Positions 43,475-57,624 of a stretch of 64,000 nucleotides of DNA are shown in pieces. This DNA is from Octopus vulgaris (taxonomy: Eukaryota): the NCBI GenBank assembly GCA_951406725.2, contig OX597826.1, forward strand, positions 2,108,001 to 2,172,000, read 5' to 3'. Every line of letters starts with the position of its first letter. Within the stretch, counting starts at the first letter, position 1. The position numbers and the translations under genes are program-made. Under the pieces are notes generated by a model. It saw only the letters and a list, made by a program, of their open reading frames with translations. It made no database searches and was not told the origin of the DNA.

Positions 43475-43765
43475 TATTGTTAAAAAGACAAAGAGCACCT
43501 CATAAGGTGTTGGAATCTTATACGCGTATCATTCTGCCTAAAAATGGATCTGCAAATGCAAAATCCCTACACATCTCACATCTGTTTTCTCTCCTCCACT
43601 CCACACTCTATTTTGTATATCTTATATAAATTAACTATTACTTAACCATCCTCTTACAACGTCTCTGATGAAGGGGTATAATAAATATCCTGGAAACAGC
43701 TGTAAGACCTTCTATCTATAAATGTTCTAAAATCTAAACACCCTTGGTTTTTTATCTCATTTCGA

Positions 43766-43770
<5 letters not shown>
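43472..43770 (+). mobile_element. Penelope-like terminal-repeat fragment inserted in (TA)n
   Basis: Unique 300-bp insert flanked by (TA)n and carrying a hammerhead motif. Confidence 0.6.
43661..43708 (+). ncRNA. Minimal type I hammerhead ribozyme motif (second family)
   Basis: GTCT-CTGATGA-A-GGGGTAT[AATAA]ATATCCT-G-GAAACAGCTGTA-AGAC; stem I GTCT/AGAC, palindromic stem III ACAGCTGT, GUA cleavage triplet. Confidence 0.75.
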
Positions 43771-43804
<34 letters not shown>

Positions 43805-44394
43805 GCTTGCTAATAGTTACTGTTTTGTTTACGTCCCCTTAAATTAGCAGTCTGGCAAAGGAGACCGATAGTATAGATATCAGACTAGGCATTGGTAGGC
43901 TCAGGGCTATAGTAGATGATATAGTACATTTTATAATGTTTAATTACTGGGTCATTTTCTTCGACATACCTCTTCAAGAGGGTGCACCAGCATAACCGCA
44001 GTCAAATCAGTGAAACAAGTAATTGAGCTAACTTATACGCAGCCCGCAGCTTTCTGCGACACCACTGATTGTTAAGCCATTGTTAAACTACACCGGTTTT
44101 ATGAGATTTAAGGCAAGCATTCGATGTTTAGGTGTCTGCAGCTAATGATGCGAAAGTATGCTGAAATCGTGTGATGCAATAGTCTTAACCGCGATGGTGA
44201 CGAAATTCGGTTGCCGATATAATCTTCGCTTTTAGCACTATTCAACTAGAGAATACAACTTTTCAGGACGATTACTAAATTTTATGGCGTTTACACAACA
44301 CATCCAAATTAAGTTGGATGTACAAATATATATTCGTCACAAAAAAACCTTCAATCGCTCAAAGCTAAAGCTAATATGTGTGTGTGTGTGTATA

Positions 44395-44557
44395 GGCGTA
44401 GGAGTGGCTGTGTGGTAAGTAGTTTGCTCACCAACCACATGGTTCCGGGTTCAGTCCCACTGCGTGGCACCTTGGGCAAGTATCTTCTACTATAGCCACG
44501 GGCCCACCAAAGCCTTGTGAGTGGATTTGCTAGATGGAAACTGAAAGAAGCCAGTCG

Positions 44558-44588
<31 letters not shown>

Positions 44589-44790
44589 GTGTGTGTATGT
44601 GTTTGTGTATCTGTATTTGTCCCCCCACCATCGCTTGACAACCTATGCTGTTATGTCTACGTCCCCGTAGCAAAAGAGACCGATAGAATAAGTACTAGGC
44701 TTACAAAGAATAAGTCCCGGGGTCGATTTGCTCGACTAAAAGTGGTGCTCCAGCATGGCCACAGTCAAATGACTGAAACAAGTAAAAGAG
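44395..44790 (+). mobile_element. Full-length SINE family A copy
   Basis: GGCGTAGGAGTGGCTGTGTGGTAAG..GGGTTCAGTCCC..(TA/TG)n..GACTGAAACAAGTAAAAGAG. Confidence 0.92.
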
Positions 44791-45995
44791 TGCGTGTGTG
44801 TGTTAAGTATAGAATTCCATACCGTTGCCACGCTTCTTTCCACGAAATTCACTCATGTGGGACCATGGTTCTGTTAGTAGAATCTTGCTTAAGGTGCCAC
44901 GCGGTTTGAGTGAATACGAAACCAGAAGCAATATATGACCCAATGCGAAATGCTTTCAGACTTTCGAAATTTTAGGTGCCATGAAATCTTCCAACACAAC
45001 AACCATGTATTCTGTCTGTTTCCATCTACCGAAAAATATTCGACGTTTTATATTCGCCTCTCATAAAACATGCAGCTTACAATTCACATCTTTGCGAAGG
45101 TAGTAGTCAGAAAGATAGACTCGCTCTCGTCAAGTGTCAGCGACGAGAGAGTCGAGGAGGAGGAGTGAGAGAGAGAGGAAACGGTGAAATACACAAACGT
45201 GGGTGGTGTATTTTAGTTTTCGACAACCTTCAGAAGATAAGTGACACATAAATTGTTTGTCTAAGACTGAAATATATATGTCTGCACACCATTTTCAGGT
45301 AGTTTCAGATTCAGAATTAGTTAATTTTAAACTTGTATTCTGTCTTGCTATAAATCATAAACACCTATATAAGAAAAGAAAATCTCTGAAATGTTTGTGC
45401 ACAATTACACAAAATTTTCACAGGGAACAGAAAGTAAAGCGAGAGTAATTTAATAACCGCAAAGCTTTAATGATGATGGTTTAAACCATGTACGTAGATG
45501 ACAGGATATATATAATTAACACTTCAATAAAGGACAAGAAATATATGACAGCTGATAAAAATATTGTGAGTTTGATAAAATATCGGAGCCGCTCAGAGTA
45601 AATTTATATACATGGATATTGAGTGGAAATATGTAAGAGAGAGTTGGGTGAGAATGAGTGAGGAAGAGTTAAAGATTTCAGGAGAGAAAAATGAACGAAA
45701 TGGAAATATTTCGGGAGGAAATATTCATGGAAACTAACTGAGTGACAAGATTAAGAATCTGAACGAAGAATAGCGATAGATTATAAGAGAGATAGAGAGA
45801 AATACAGTAAAGTAGAGAGAGAGAAAAAGAGAATGAGAGAGAGAGAGAGAGAGAGATGGTAGGAAAGAGTGTGAGGAGAGAGGGAAGAGAGGGAGACGGA
45901 GAGGAAAAGAGAAATGCGGAAATTTTACCTGCGTACTTTCCTTTCATGTTTTTGATTCTCAAATCTAACAAAAGAATTATGATGACACATGCGCG

Positions 45996-46027
<32 letters not shown>

Positions 46028-46450
46028 CATATATATATATATGCATAAATTGAATAACATAAACCAGATAAAAACTATGCAAAAGATATAAAACAAACTT
46101 TTCCAAAAGATTGTTTTTACGTTCCATTTCACATAAGCACATACCACACGCACACACGCACACACGCACACACGCACACACGCGCACACGTACACACACA
46201 CACACACACACACATGCATGTTCAGACATGCGCGCACATATATCCTTACTTGTTAAAATATTTAAAAACAACAGGCACACCCACCCACTCACCCACACAT
46301 GCACATCCGCAAAAACGCATCTACGCACGCACACACGTTCTCAGAACTGAAGCGCATACGCGTACATACATTCTAAAGAATTCCTCTCTCATTTACCAAT
46401 TCATTGAATCTGGTGAAAATTCTTCAAATATCTTTGTTGCTACTAAACGA

Positions 46451-46486
<36 letters not shown>

Positions 46487-46517
46487 TATAATAATAATAA
46501 TGATAATAATAATAATG

Positions 46518-46563
<46 letters not shown>

Positions 46564-46574
46564 TAATAATAATG

Positions 46575-46611
<37 letters not shown>

Positions 46612-46631
46612 TAATAATAATAATAATAATG

Positions 46632-46665
<34 letters not shown>

Positions 46666-46752
46666 TGATAATAAAAATAAAAATAATAATGATAATAATA
46701 ACAATAATAATAATAATAATAATGATGATGATGATAATAATAATAATAATAA
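46451..46752. repeat. (AAT)n with GAT interruptions
   Basis: Direct reading. Confidence 0.95.
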
Positions 46753-47038
46753 AAATCGAATCAGGGAATGAGAAAGAGAGCGAATAAGAGAGAAAGATAA
46801 AGAAACTGACAGTAAGCGAGGGAATGAGAGATGGAGAGAATAATTGAGAAAGATTCAGATATGCAGAGAGGGTGGATGAACGACAGGAAATAACTTTTTT
46901 GAATACAGCACAATACAAAGATTACAGTATGTTGTTCCGTTGCTAATGTTTTTGAAATAGTAACATGTTCTATAATTTTCTATAAATTTGAGTATGCCTC
47001 TCATTGTATATATGTGTATATATGTATAACTGTGTGTG

Positions 47039-47089
<51 letters not shown>

Positions 47090-47350
47090 CTACTCAAATA
47101 TGTGCTGGTAAATCTGTTTATGTATTTTATGTATATTTTCATATGTGATGTAGTATATAGATTTAGATTTATGTACGGATTTTTAAAGGTATGTTTAGCC
47201 TTGTATTTATTATTTTTTTCCCAGAGAAATAGATTTTTGGAAAATGTTTTTTTTTGAGATTCCTTCAGTTATAGAAGGCGTTGGAATCATTATTTTCTTT
47301 GGAATGGTTACTTTTACATTATCAATATTAATTATTAATTGTAATCCCAG

Positions 47351-47471
47351 TTCTTCTTCTCCTTCTTCTTCTTCTTTTTCTTCTTCTTCTTCTTCTTCTT
47401 CTTCTTCTTCTTCTTCTTCTTCTTCTTCTTCTTCTTCGTCTGCTTCTTCTTCTTCTTCTTCTTCTTCTTCT

Positions 47472-47504
<33 letters not shown>

Positions 47505-47525
47505 GTTGCTGCTACTGCTGCCACA

Positions 47526-47568
<43 letters not shown>

Positions 47569-47580
47569 TTACTACTACTA

Positions 47581-47616
<36 letters not shown>
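47351..47616. repeat. (CTT)n-(ACT)n-(GCT)n compound microsatellite
   Basis: Direct reading. Confidence 0.95.
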
Positions 47617-47617
<1 letters not shown>

Positions 47618-48529
47618 CCTTTTTGATCTTTTTTCTTATCAAAATGCCTTCATTATTTTTGTTGTTGTCGATAGCATCACTACTAATAGTACACCTACTA
47701 GTTTTAGTAGTATTATAAACGTAGTAGCAGCGGCAGTAGCAGCGGCAGTAGCAGCGGCAGCAGCAGCAGTAGTAGCAATAACAACTCTTATTTATGTTAC
47801 TATTTATATTATTATCTATATTTTCTTTAACTTGTTTTGCATTTCGTGTATAATATTTGTTCCTCAATTTGTTTTTATTTTGTTTTTACTTTATTTCACT
47901 TTTATTTTTAGTTACTAGTGACTATTTATTATTTGTTTCTTTTGTCTTTTTCATTACATATTTATTCATTCTTTCATTTATTTATTTATTCATTTATCTC
48001 ATTTTTTTTTGTCGAATGTTAAAATTTCATCTCGCCATATTGTTGTTGTGTATTAATTATATTTTGGAAACAAATGAATTTAATGCGACATTAATTAATT
48101 TACTACATCTGTATCTGCTTCTCTTTATCATCTCTAACGTTTGTGGTATTCTCAGGGAATGATTCGTGCTGCAGCCATTGTTGTTCTTGTTGTAATCGTC
48201 GTAGTTGTTGTTATATTTTTCCTTATTTGTTTTCGTCTTTTGGTGCTGATAATTATTGATGTATTTTTCAACTGTTTCCAGTGTTCATATTGAAATGTCT
48301 ATTGACGTTGCTACTCTTTCTCTTATTTTTGTGATTGTTGCTGATATTTATTCATTTATTTATTTTATAATGAATTTTTTTTTTGTTTCTTAAAGTTGTT
48401 GTTGTCCAAAAATATGTGAAGAACTGGGAATGGTAAAGTTTGGAAGCAGAATCGATGGATTTGTTGTTTACGCTCTTGGTGATGTATTAACAATGTACAG
48501 AATATAGAATATGGATTATGAAATATGGA

Positions 48530-49100
48530 AATGGTAGTTGCGTTGTTGCTGGTGTTACTACTGCTCGTGGTGGTGTTCGTGGAATGGTAATGCTGGAATT
48601 GATGATGGAAGAATGCTGGTGGTGATGGTAGTGGCGCTGGTCGGGGTGGCGGGTTCGTTGTGATTTTTGGCAAAATCTTTGAAATAGTGACAGCGTTGTT
48701 CTTGTTACTGTTGGTGTTGGTGTTGGTGGTGGTAGTGTTGTTGGTGGTGCTTGTGGCGATGGTAGTGTTGTTGGTAATAGGGGTGTTAGTGGGTGTGTTG
48801 CTGGTAGTAGCGGTGGTGGTCGTTGTGGTGTCTGCAGTTGGAGTGTAGTTCGTAGTGGTGGTAGTAATGGTAATGGTCATGTTAGTAATAGCTTTGTTGG
48901 TAGTGACGGCGGTAGTAGTGGGGTAATGGCATGGTAGTAGTGATGGTAATAGTAATGTCGATGTGGGTTGTTGGTGGTGTTTGTAGTGGTGGTGTTGGTG
49001 GTAGTGATTGCAGTAGTGGCGGTAGTAGTAGCGGTGGTAGTCATAGTGGTGGTGGTTTGGCAGTCTTGTTGTTAATGATTATGGTAGTAGTAGTAGTGTC
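48530..49100. repeat. Degenerate (GGT)/(GTT)/(AGT) low-complexity tract
   Basis: Direct reading. Confidence 0.85.
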
Positions 49101-49256
49101 CATGGTGACGCAAAGTTACAATGGTAATGATAAAAGCATCGCTTGTTTGAATGATGGTGACTCTCGTTGGTCTTTCTTGAATGATGATTATAATAATATA
49201 CAACGGTTACCATGGTGACCGTTGCAAGGTAAATGGTTATTTAGCTCTTGGATATA

Positions 49257-49971
49257 CAGTAATCACTCGCCATATCGCGGTTCATCTCTCGCGCCCTCAT
49301 TACATCGCGGATTTTTCTGGCTAATATATGTAATATCATATCGCTGACCGCTTAGAGTATCGCGGGTTTCTGCGGTAGGCATTTATATATTTTTAGATTT
49401 AAATTATTTGTGTAGTAAAATAAGCATTTTCACACCTAAAAATTAATAAAAATCAAAATCAAATGCGCCCTTTTAAAGCCTAGCCAGGCTCATGGGCCCG
49501 GTTTCCCGGTTTCACTGGCGTATGTGTTCCCCACCTGGATGGGATACCTGTCCATCGCAGCGTTGCTCATTTTTGCCAGCTGAGTGGACTGGAGCAAAGT
49601 GAAATGAAGTGTTTTCCTCAAGAACACAACGCGTCGCCCGGTCCAGGAATCGAAGCCACATTCTTACGATCATGATGCTGACACCCTAACCACTTAGCCA
49701 CGCGCCTCCACAAAATAATTAGTAAACTAATAAATAAAAATACAATACAGTACTGTACTGTATAACATTAATTAAAATATATTAAAAGAAAATACGTAGT
49801 GTACCATACATGAGTAAACAAAGAATCGCACATACTGTATACAAAACGAAACTCGGGTGGCGCGTGTGTGGTGTTTTGCATTTATAATAAAATAAATATA
49901 TACAAACTAGAAAAATAATATAGCGCAGGGAGTTTTGGAACTTAACCCCCGCAATAGTCGAGGGATTACTG
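49257..49971. mobile_element. Tigger/pogo-like MITE, opposite orientation to the 22447 copy, with a nested SINE
   Basis: TA|CAGTAATCACTCGCCATATCGCGGTTCA ... CCGCAATAGTCGAGGGATTACTG. Confidence 0.8.
49452..49711 (-). mobile_element. tRNA-derived SINE, family D head with the tail shared with the 59344 copy
   Basis: Reverse complement reads GTGGAGGCGCGTGGCTAAGTGGTTAGGG..TTCGATTCC..GTGTTCTTGAGGAAAACACTT..GCGATGGACAGG..GAGCCTGGCTAGGCTTTAAAAGGGGCGC. Confidence 0.85.
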
Positions 49972-50416
49972 AAAATTTCATCTGTCACGGTCATCCATTG
50001 CTGCACTGAAGCAGAATATAACAAGGATTACATTCTGTAATGCTTCCTTCCTATGAAAGGCAATTGGTATTTCCGTCTGATGAGCGGGAACGTGAAATCG
50101 TGATATTCGAATAAACAAATGCGAGGTACCACCTTTGATATAGTTTATTCTAAGCGGAGCAGGAGCATACAGGAAGAGGGGAAGGGTCGCTGAAGAGTTC
50201 ACAGATGTGTGAGGAAATATATCCGGACAATGGACATGAAGTAAAATAAGAACAGTAATAAATGAGGGAAGAAACCTAAACACACACACACACATACATA
50301 CACACACACACACACAGGCATACACACACATACATATTCGCGTGATCGTGTGTGTAATGTGCGTATGTGTATTTGCGTGCGTGTGTACGCATGTGTGTGT
50401 ATGTAAATATATATAT

Positions 50417-50801
50417 ACTCTTTTACTTGTTTCAGTCATTTGACTACGGCCATGCTGGAGCACCGCCTTTAGTCGAGCAAATCGACCCCGGGACTTATTC
50501 TTTGTAAACCCAGTACTTATTCTATCGGTCTCTTTTGCCGAACCGCTAAGTGACGGGGACGTAAACACACCAGCATCGGTTGTCAAGCAATGCTAGGGGG
50601 ACAAACACAGACACACAAACGCACACATACAAATATATATACATATATACGACAGGCTTCTTTCAGTTTCCGTCTACCAAATCTACAAGGCATTGGTCGG
50701 CCCGGGGCTATAGCAGAAGACACTTGCCCAAGATGCCACGCAGTGGGACTGAACCCAGAACCATGTGGCTGGTTAGCAAGCTACTTACCACACAGCCACT
50801 C
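50417..50801 (-). mobile_element. Near full-length SINE family A copy
   Basis: Near-consensus match. Confidence 0.92.
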
Positions 50802-50937
50802 ATATATATATATATGTTTGCATTTATGTTTAGTTAAATTAAAAACAAATTTACATTCATCTGAGGCGTTACTCTATACTATTGTAGAGTTCGACTATGG
50901 CTCAACAAGTCGAAACTTCGAAGCCACTGTCAAGAGC

Positions 50938-51020
<83 letters not shown>

Positions 51021-51167
51021 TGTATATACAGGGTGAGGCAGAAAGGCTGCCTCGATTCAATAAAAAAAAAAATACCTGAAGATAGAAGAGAAAACTTTGT
51101 ATTTCTATGAAGTACATTAAATGCCATTGTGATTCAAGGGGTTTTGAAAATTGTATCACGTGCCATA

Positions 51168-51265
51168 GAAGTACAAAGCTGGGGTCGATGTAATCGACTT
51201 AATCTCTTTTTTTTGTCCTTGTTTGTCCGCTCTACGTTTAGCCCCTTGTGGGCAATAAAGAAATA
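51168..51265 (+). mobile_element. Alternative-tail fragment of SINE family B
   Basis: CTGGGGTCGATGTAATCGACTTAATC..TTTAGCCCCTTGTGGGCAATAAAGAAATA. Confidence 0.7.
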
Positions 51266-53149
51266 TATATAAATTTGCCTACAAATTCATAGTAGCTCTA
51301 AGCTAATATAAACATATTGTAGTACTCCTCTGTGTTGCATCTTGAGACCTTTAGTCAAGTCAGCTGCATTTCTTTCTCTTGTGAGTTAATACCTTCCGGT
51401 ATGTTCCAGTAACTTTACAGTGATTGTACTCTTATAGCTACAACATAAACAGGCAAAATATTAAATACACCCATATACCATAAATATTGGTATCCTTCCA
51501 AAGGAATTTTCTTTCGCGAAAGTCACTTCAACAGATTTAATCGGCGAACTTTTGTCTACAATATAAAATTGAAGAATAAATATATGATTTTATGTGTTGT
51601 AAATGCTCTCCTTTAAATAAACTTGTCAAACTATTTAAAGATGAACTAAGTCTTTCAAGTGAAAATATAAAATGTCATCGGTACAATAGATTCTGGGAAG
51701 AATTAAAGTTTAAAGCACACAAAATGTAAACTGCTATAAAATATTTATTCAATCTTTACAGACAAAACGGTATACTCAAATCGATGTTTAGTTACTATAG
51801 ACTTTCAGTAAAGTAAGGAACCAATAAAAACAAGAAGTAAATACAACAGAAACGTATAAATTAAAAAAAAAAAAACGAAATATAGTCACGTAATTGCTAG
51901 TATCGTAAAATTTAACGGCACAACACCGATTACACTTAAAACAACTGTACTTTACATTTAAAGATCACAAGGAGAATTTGGAGAAAACTTATCAATTAGG
52001 TTCATAAACACAACAAATCCATATATTGAAGTTTTCAGGTAACTTTTTCAAGCTAAACTCATAACCAAGGTTTATGGAATTATACCAACGCTGTCATTAA
52101 GTGTTCTACATGTCTCTTTATTAACAAAACAAACTGTAAATACTTAAGACATGATAAAGACTAACAACTAATAATATTCATCTGTCCATAAACAGCTGCT
52201 GTTAAGTTGTTAGACTAGTTACTCACATCAAAAGCTTTGAAATTAAAATGATCATACACTCCCTTAGTATATTAGTTTCCGGTCACGCCTTGTGTATGAG
52301 GAAAAACAGTTTGTTTTATTTGAAGTCCCTCCCAACACGTCGGTAATCAACCAATAATAAAGCAGGTATGACGTAATAGCTTAGTTTGTCAAGTGTTAGG
52401 AAAGGAAAGTAAAAATAAGAAAAATTAACGAAAACAAGCACAAAATAATGAGATGTTCAAAAACCCAGAACAGATAAACACAATGTTTAAAAGTATAAAA
52501 TTATATAATATATATATATGTATATCAGAAAAAGAAGAGAGATTAGATTTACACAATAGAGGGCTTCAATGATAAAAACTACGAGAGGTAAACCATTGAA
52601 GTGACCAGAATTATTAGAAAGATTAGTCACCTGATTATTAACCCTAAGAGAAGGAGCAAGAGAATGATATTTGATAGAACATCGAAAATAGAAATATTTA
52701 TAGACTAGAGATAAAGAAGCAATGTTCTGCAGATGAAAGAGGAGTTGAGTTTTATCTGTCACTTTACGAATAACAATGTTTGAAACTAGCTTTTGAACCT
52801 GATAAAAAAGAAGAAAATACCAAGAGAAACACCAGCTCAAATATGACAACAATATTTCATACTAGAGCGATGTCGCTTATACAGATAGAGAATACATTCA
52901 AAGCTAGCATGCAACGAAATATGCATTTAATATAGATCTGTGATATCGCCGAAATATACATCTCAAAATTATGATCCTAATATTGTGGGTGGACTCTTAG
53001 AGAGACGATGACTTTCTCCGCTCAAGTAAATTCAAACAAGAATCGGCTGACAGTGACAGGAAAACCTTCATTAAAAAAAAAAAATTCATTATTGAAACGA
53101 ACATCACAAGTTTTAATTTGAAGATGACACCATCAAAATTGATGATTAT

Positions 53150-53730
53150 AGGCGTAGGGGTGGCTGTATGGTAAGAAGAGAGATTCCCAATCACACGGTT
53201 GCGGTATCAGCCCCACTGCTTGGTACCTTAGGCAAGTTTCTTCGGCTATAGCCTCGGGCCAACTAAAACCTTGTGAATAGATTTGGAAGAGGAAAACTGA
53301 AAGAAGTATGTCGAATATATATATATATGACCGATAGAATAAGTACTGGGCTTACAAAGAATAAGTCCCGGGGTCGAGTTGCTCGATTAAAGGCGGTGCT
53401 CCAGCATGGCCGCAGTCAAATAACTGAAACAAGTAAAAGAGTAAAGAGATATATATTTCTTTATTTAGATATATATGTTTCTTTATATATATATGTGTGT
53501 GTATGTGTGTGTGTGTGTGTGTGTATGTGTGTGCATGTGTGTGTGTGTTTGTGTGTCTGTGTTTATCCGGTGTTGGTGGAGGTCTCCGTAACTTAGTGTT
53601 TCAACAAAATTGACCGATAGAATAAGTATCAGGGTTTAAAAAGTGTACTGGGGTCGATTCATTCGACTAAAAATTCTTGGAGGCGGTGCCTCCACATGGC
53701 CACAGTCTAATGACCAAAACAAATCAGAGA
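53150..53730 (+). mobile_element. SINE family A: internally deleted copy plus a second tail
   Basis: Head from 53150, tail to 53448, further tail at 53560-53730. Confidence 0.8.
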
Positions 53731-54593
53731 TAATTAATTACACAACACTACAGCTATGAAAACGTAGCATCAATACGAACATAAACACGAGTTAAATGAA
53801 GAATATTTCGTTGTGACGACACAACCTCTTGTTTGCCCACTCCACCAAGGAAGACAACTTCAAGCACTCATCCACTGCCTGTAACGGGCTGTATATTGTG
53901 TTCTTGAGCAAGACACTTCATTTTACGTTGATTCACTCGTAGAAATGAGTTGCGAAATCACTGGAGCTAAGCTGAATTGGCCTTCGCCTTTCCCTTGGAG
54001 TGATGGTCTTCCAAAAAACAACCGTAGGTTGTGCGTTCGCCGGTGAGGCGCCTTACCGCCCAGACTTGTACGCCGGAGAACGGGGTGGGGGGCAACCTCT
54101 TAGATGCACCCATAGTCATTCGTCATCGACGAAGTCGAGTTGTTGTTGACTCTTCCAGAAAAGATACAAGAACGTTTTATGACTGTGTTTTCGGCGTAGA
54201 GAGTTTTCGATTAATTAAGAGATTCTTGGCTCGGCAAATAGGTGTTTAGCTCAACACTCTGTATTTTAAACGGAAACATAAACAGCTCGAAATTAATTTG
54301 AGAGCGCGCCTTGACGAAAACGGAGGCGAGTTTTAAGATTGTCAGTACATTCGTGTCGAGAACACACGTGCGTCGGGCTTCCAAAAACAATAAGTACCAA
54401 GCTTAGGTATTTCACGTTGAATAACGAAGGGTTTTATTTTAATGTGCTAAGTAGATTTCTGCATCAGATAAACATATCGGTAATCTGATCGAGATAATAC
54501 ACGCATTTTTTTTTGTATTTTCGTGAATATTGATCAATTTACACAGGGAATATTCTTTACTGTCCTAAGTATTTCATTCCTACATTAAGCACA

Positions 54594-54693
<100 letters not shown>

Positions 54694-55703
54694 AACACAT
54701 ACATGCACAGGCATATGAATATGTATATATGTATGTACAATTAGGTACATATGTATATATGTATAAATATGTATTTATATCTATATATCTATATACATGT
54801 ATATATATATATATATATATACATATATATACATGTATATAGATACTTATATATACACGTACATATAACTATACACACACACACACATATATTTATATAT
54901 ACATACAAACACACACATACACAAACATACTCACAAACACGCGCACACAAACACACATACATATATACGTGTGTGTGTGTGTGTATATATATTATATATA
55001 TATATGTGTGTGTGTGTATTATGAAAAAAGCAGGAGAAGGCAGGAGAGTGTGCGGACGGATGGTGATCTTGAACGGACGAGTGTGAATGAAGTGGTTGAG
55101 TCAGAAGGGGAAGAGAAATATATGTAAAAAATATAAAACAGAGGTGGAGTAGGAGAGATGGTTGGTGGGGGACAGATATTGATTCTTGTAGCCAAAAAGA
55201 AAAGAAATGAACCCCAGCTTGTATCTAACAAAGAAACACACACACACACACATATACACACGCAAACAAATACATACATATATATACATGCATAATCCCA
55301 TACATCTTGAGATTATGAAATGAAATATTTTACAACAGCAAACATAAATGAACCTACAACAAGAGAAGAAAATAGAAAACAAGATGAGAAGCCGTTGCGA
55401 AAACTTATTGAGTATTTTGAAGTGGTGTAAAGGAGATCCGAAGGGCGGAGGGGCAAAGTGATTGATAATATGAATGAAACTAGGAGAGAGTGGCTCAGCA
55501 ACAATATGGGGGCCCATTGTGTATGTCTTGTATGTAGTGTATGTGTATGTGTTTGTGTTTTTTTTAGGGCTATGCTTTCGGGTCTGTGCCCTCACGCGCG
55601 CATGTGTTTTTGTATGCTTCAAAACGCGCAGAGAAATATACGCATATATACGTATGTATGTATGCATATATGTGTATATGTAACTATGCATATATGCATG
55701 TAG

Positions 55704-55741
<38 letters not shown>

Positions 55742-55828
55742 ATATATATATACATGCATACATCTGTATGTGTGTGCATATATCTGCATATATATGAATA
55801 TATATGTGTGTGAGTGTGTGTATCTATA

Positions 55829-55882
<54 letters not shown>

Positions 55883-56721
55883 CTTATATATGTGCATGCA
55901 TATATATTAATATACATATATATATATATATATATATATGTGAGTATGTATATAGATATACATGTATATATTTGTGTGTGTATATATCTATATCAATATC
56001 TATCTATCTATCTATCTATATATATATATATGTATACATAAGTACATGTATCTATCTACCTATCAGTCTATCTATTTGTATATATTTATGTATTCATATA
56101 TATTATAAGGCATAAGAAAAATCGAAGAGCTGTTAAGCACTAAGAGTTTAAGGAGCCCGCAAAAAAGAGAAAAGTGTGTTGTTGCATTTTGAGAAAAAGA
56201 GAGCGAGAGAGGGAGAGAGAGAGAGAGAGAGTGGGGGGAAGAAGGGGGTTAAAGTATGGGAAAACTAGAGAAAAAAAGGAATAAATTCATAAAGACAAAT
56301 ATCCAGAATATTGGAGAAATGGAATGTGATATCTATAGATAGGTTGATAGGATAATGCGAAACCTTAAATCTTGACTGAAAAGACATTGCGAAAAAATGT
56401 AAGATAGGCTGAGAAATTGATAGATAGGCATATAGATAAACAGATAGATAGATGGATAGATAACTAGAAATAAATTCAGTGAGAGAGTGAGAGGGGTGGG
56501 AGGAGAAAAGAGTGTAGTTAGGCGGGTATGAGAGGCAATAAAGGAGAGGAAAATATGGAATGATTCAGCATAGACGAGTTGAAGGATGTTGAAATTTCAA
56601 AAAACCGCGGCTCCACCCATCAACACAGAGACAGTCACATACGCATAGACACACACAGGCTCTTCCTCTCACTCTCTCTCTCTCTCGTTCTCTCTGTCTG
56701 TCTGTCTGTCTCTCTCTCTCT

Positions 56722-56760
<39 letters not shown>

Positions 56761-56896
56761 CTGTATATATATATATATATATACATATATATTCATACAT
56801 ATGTATACATATCTGTGTGTGTGTGCATGTATATATATATATATATATATACATGTAAAATCGAATATATATATGTACATACATATAGACACACAC

Positions 56897-56953
<57 letters not shown>

Positions 56954-57043
56954 TATATACACATACATATATAATCATCATATATGTGTATAATACACAT
57001 GTTTACATACACAAAATTAAAAATTCATATATCTATCTATATG

Positions 57044-57098
<55 letters not shown>

Positions 57099-57582
57099 GT
57101 GGATAAATTAATATGTGTGTGTGAGTGTGTATGTGTTTTAAATGCATATGCCCACTCTTTAATTGAATGCATCATAATTTAGTCAATATTTCTCTTAAGC
57201 TTGTGCAAATCTGCTTATTTTCAACTTTGTTTAAGCTGCTGGGAATATCATGTTTAAGACCACATGGTCGGTGATCCTTTTTTTAGGCTCTTTGGCCGAC
57301 CAATTACATTCAGCTACCTAGGAGGCAATTATTGCTTGAAAAATCTAGTTATTGAAATTTGTTTACAGCGACAAAGAGCGGTACGGAGCCGGGTGGGTAG
57401 TTTTTGAGATTGGGACAAGGAGGTGGGTTTCGTATTAGAATGTAGTTTTTGTGTTTTTTTTACTGTTTGTGTATTTTAGTGTCTGTTGTTTTTCTTTGTT
57501 ATTGTTTTTGTTCTTCTTCGGTTCTTGGAGTGGTGTTGGGAATGGTTTTGTTATTGTCATTTCATTGTTGTACATGTAGACT

Positions 57583-57624
<42 letters not shown>

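Larger units (their letters stand above)
43098..44022 (+). mobile_element. Diverged SINE family A copy split by an insertion in its internal (TA)n
   Basis: Head at 43098-43262, tail at 43800-44022. Confidence 0.7.

Noticed and set aside
51027-51165. TA-CAGGGTG Tc1/mariner-like end
   Set aside because: No matching opposite TIR or transposase sequence found
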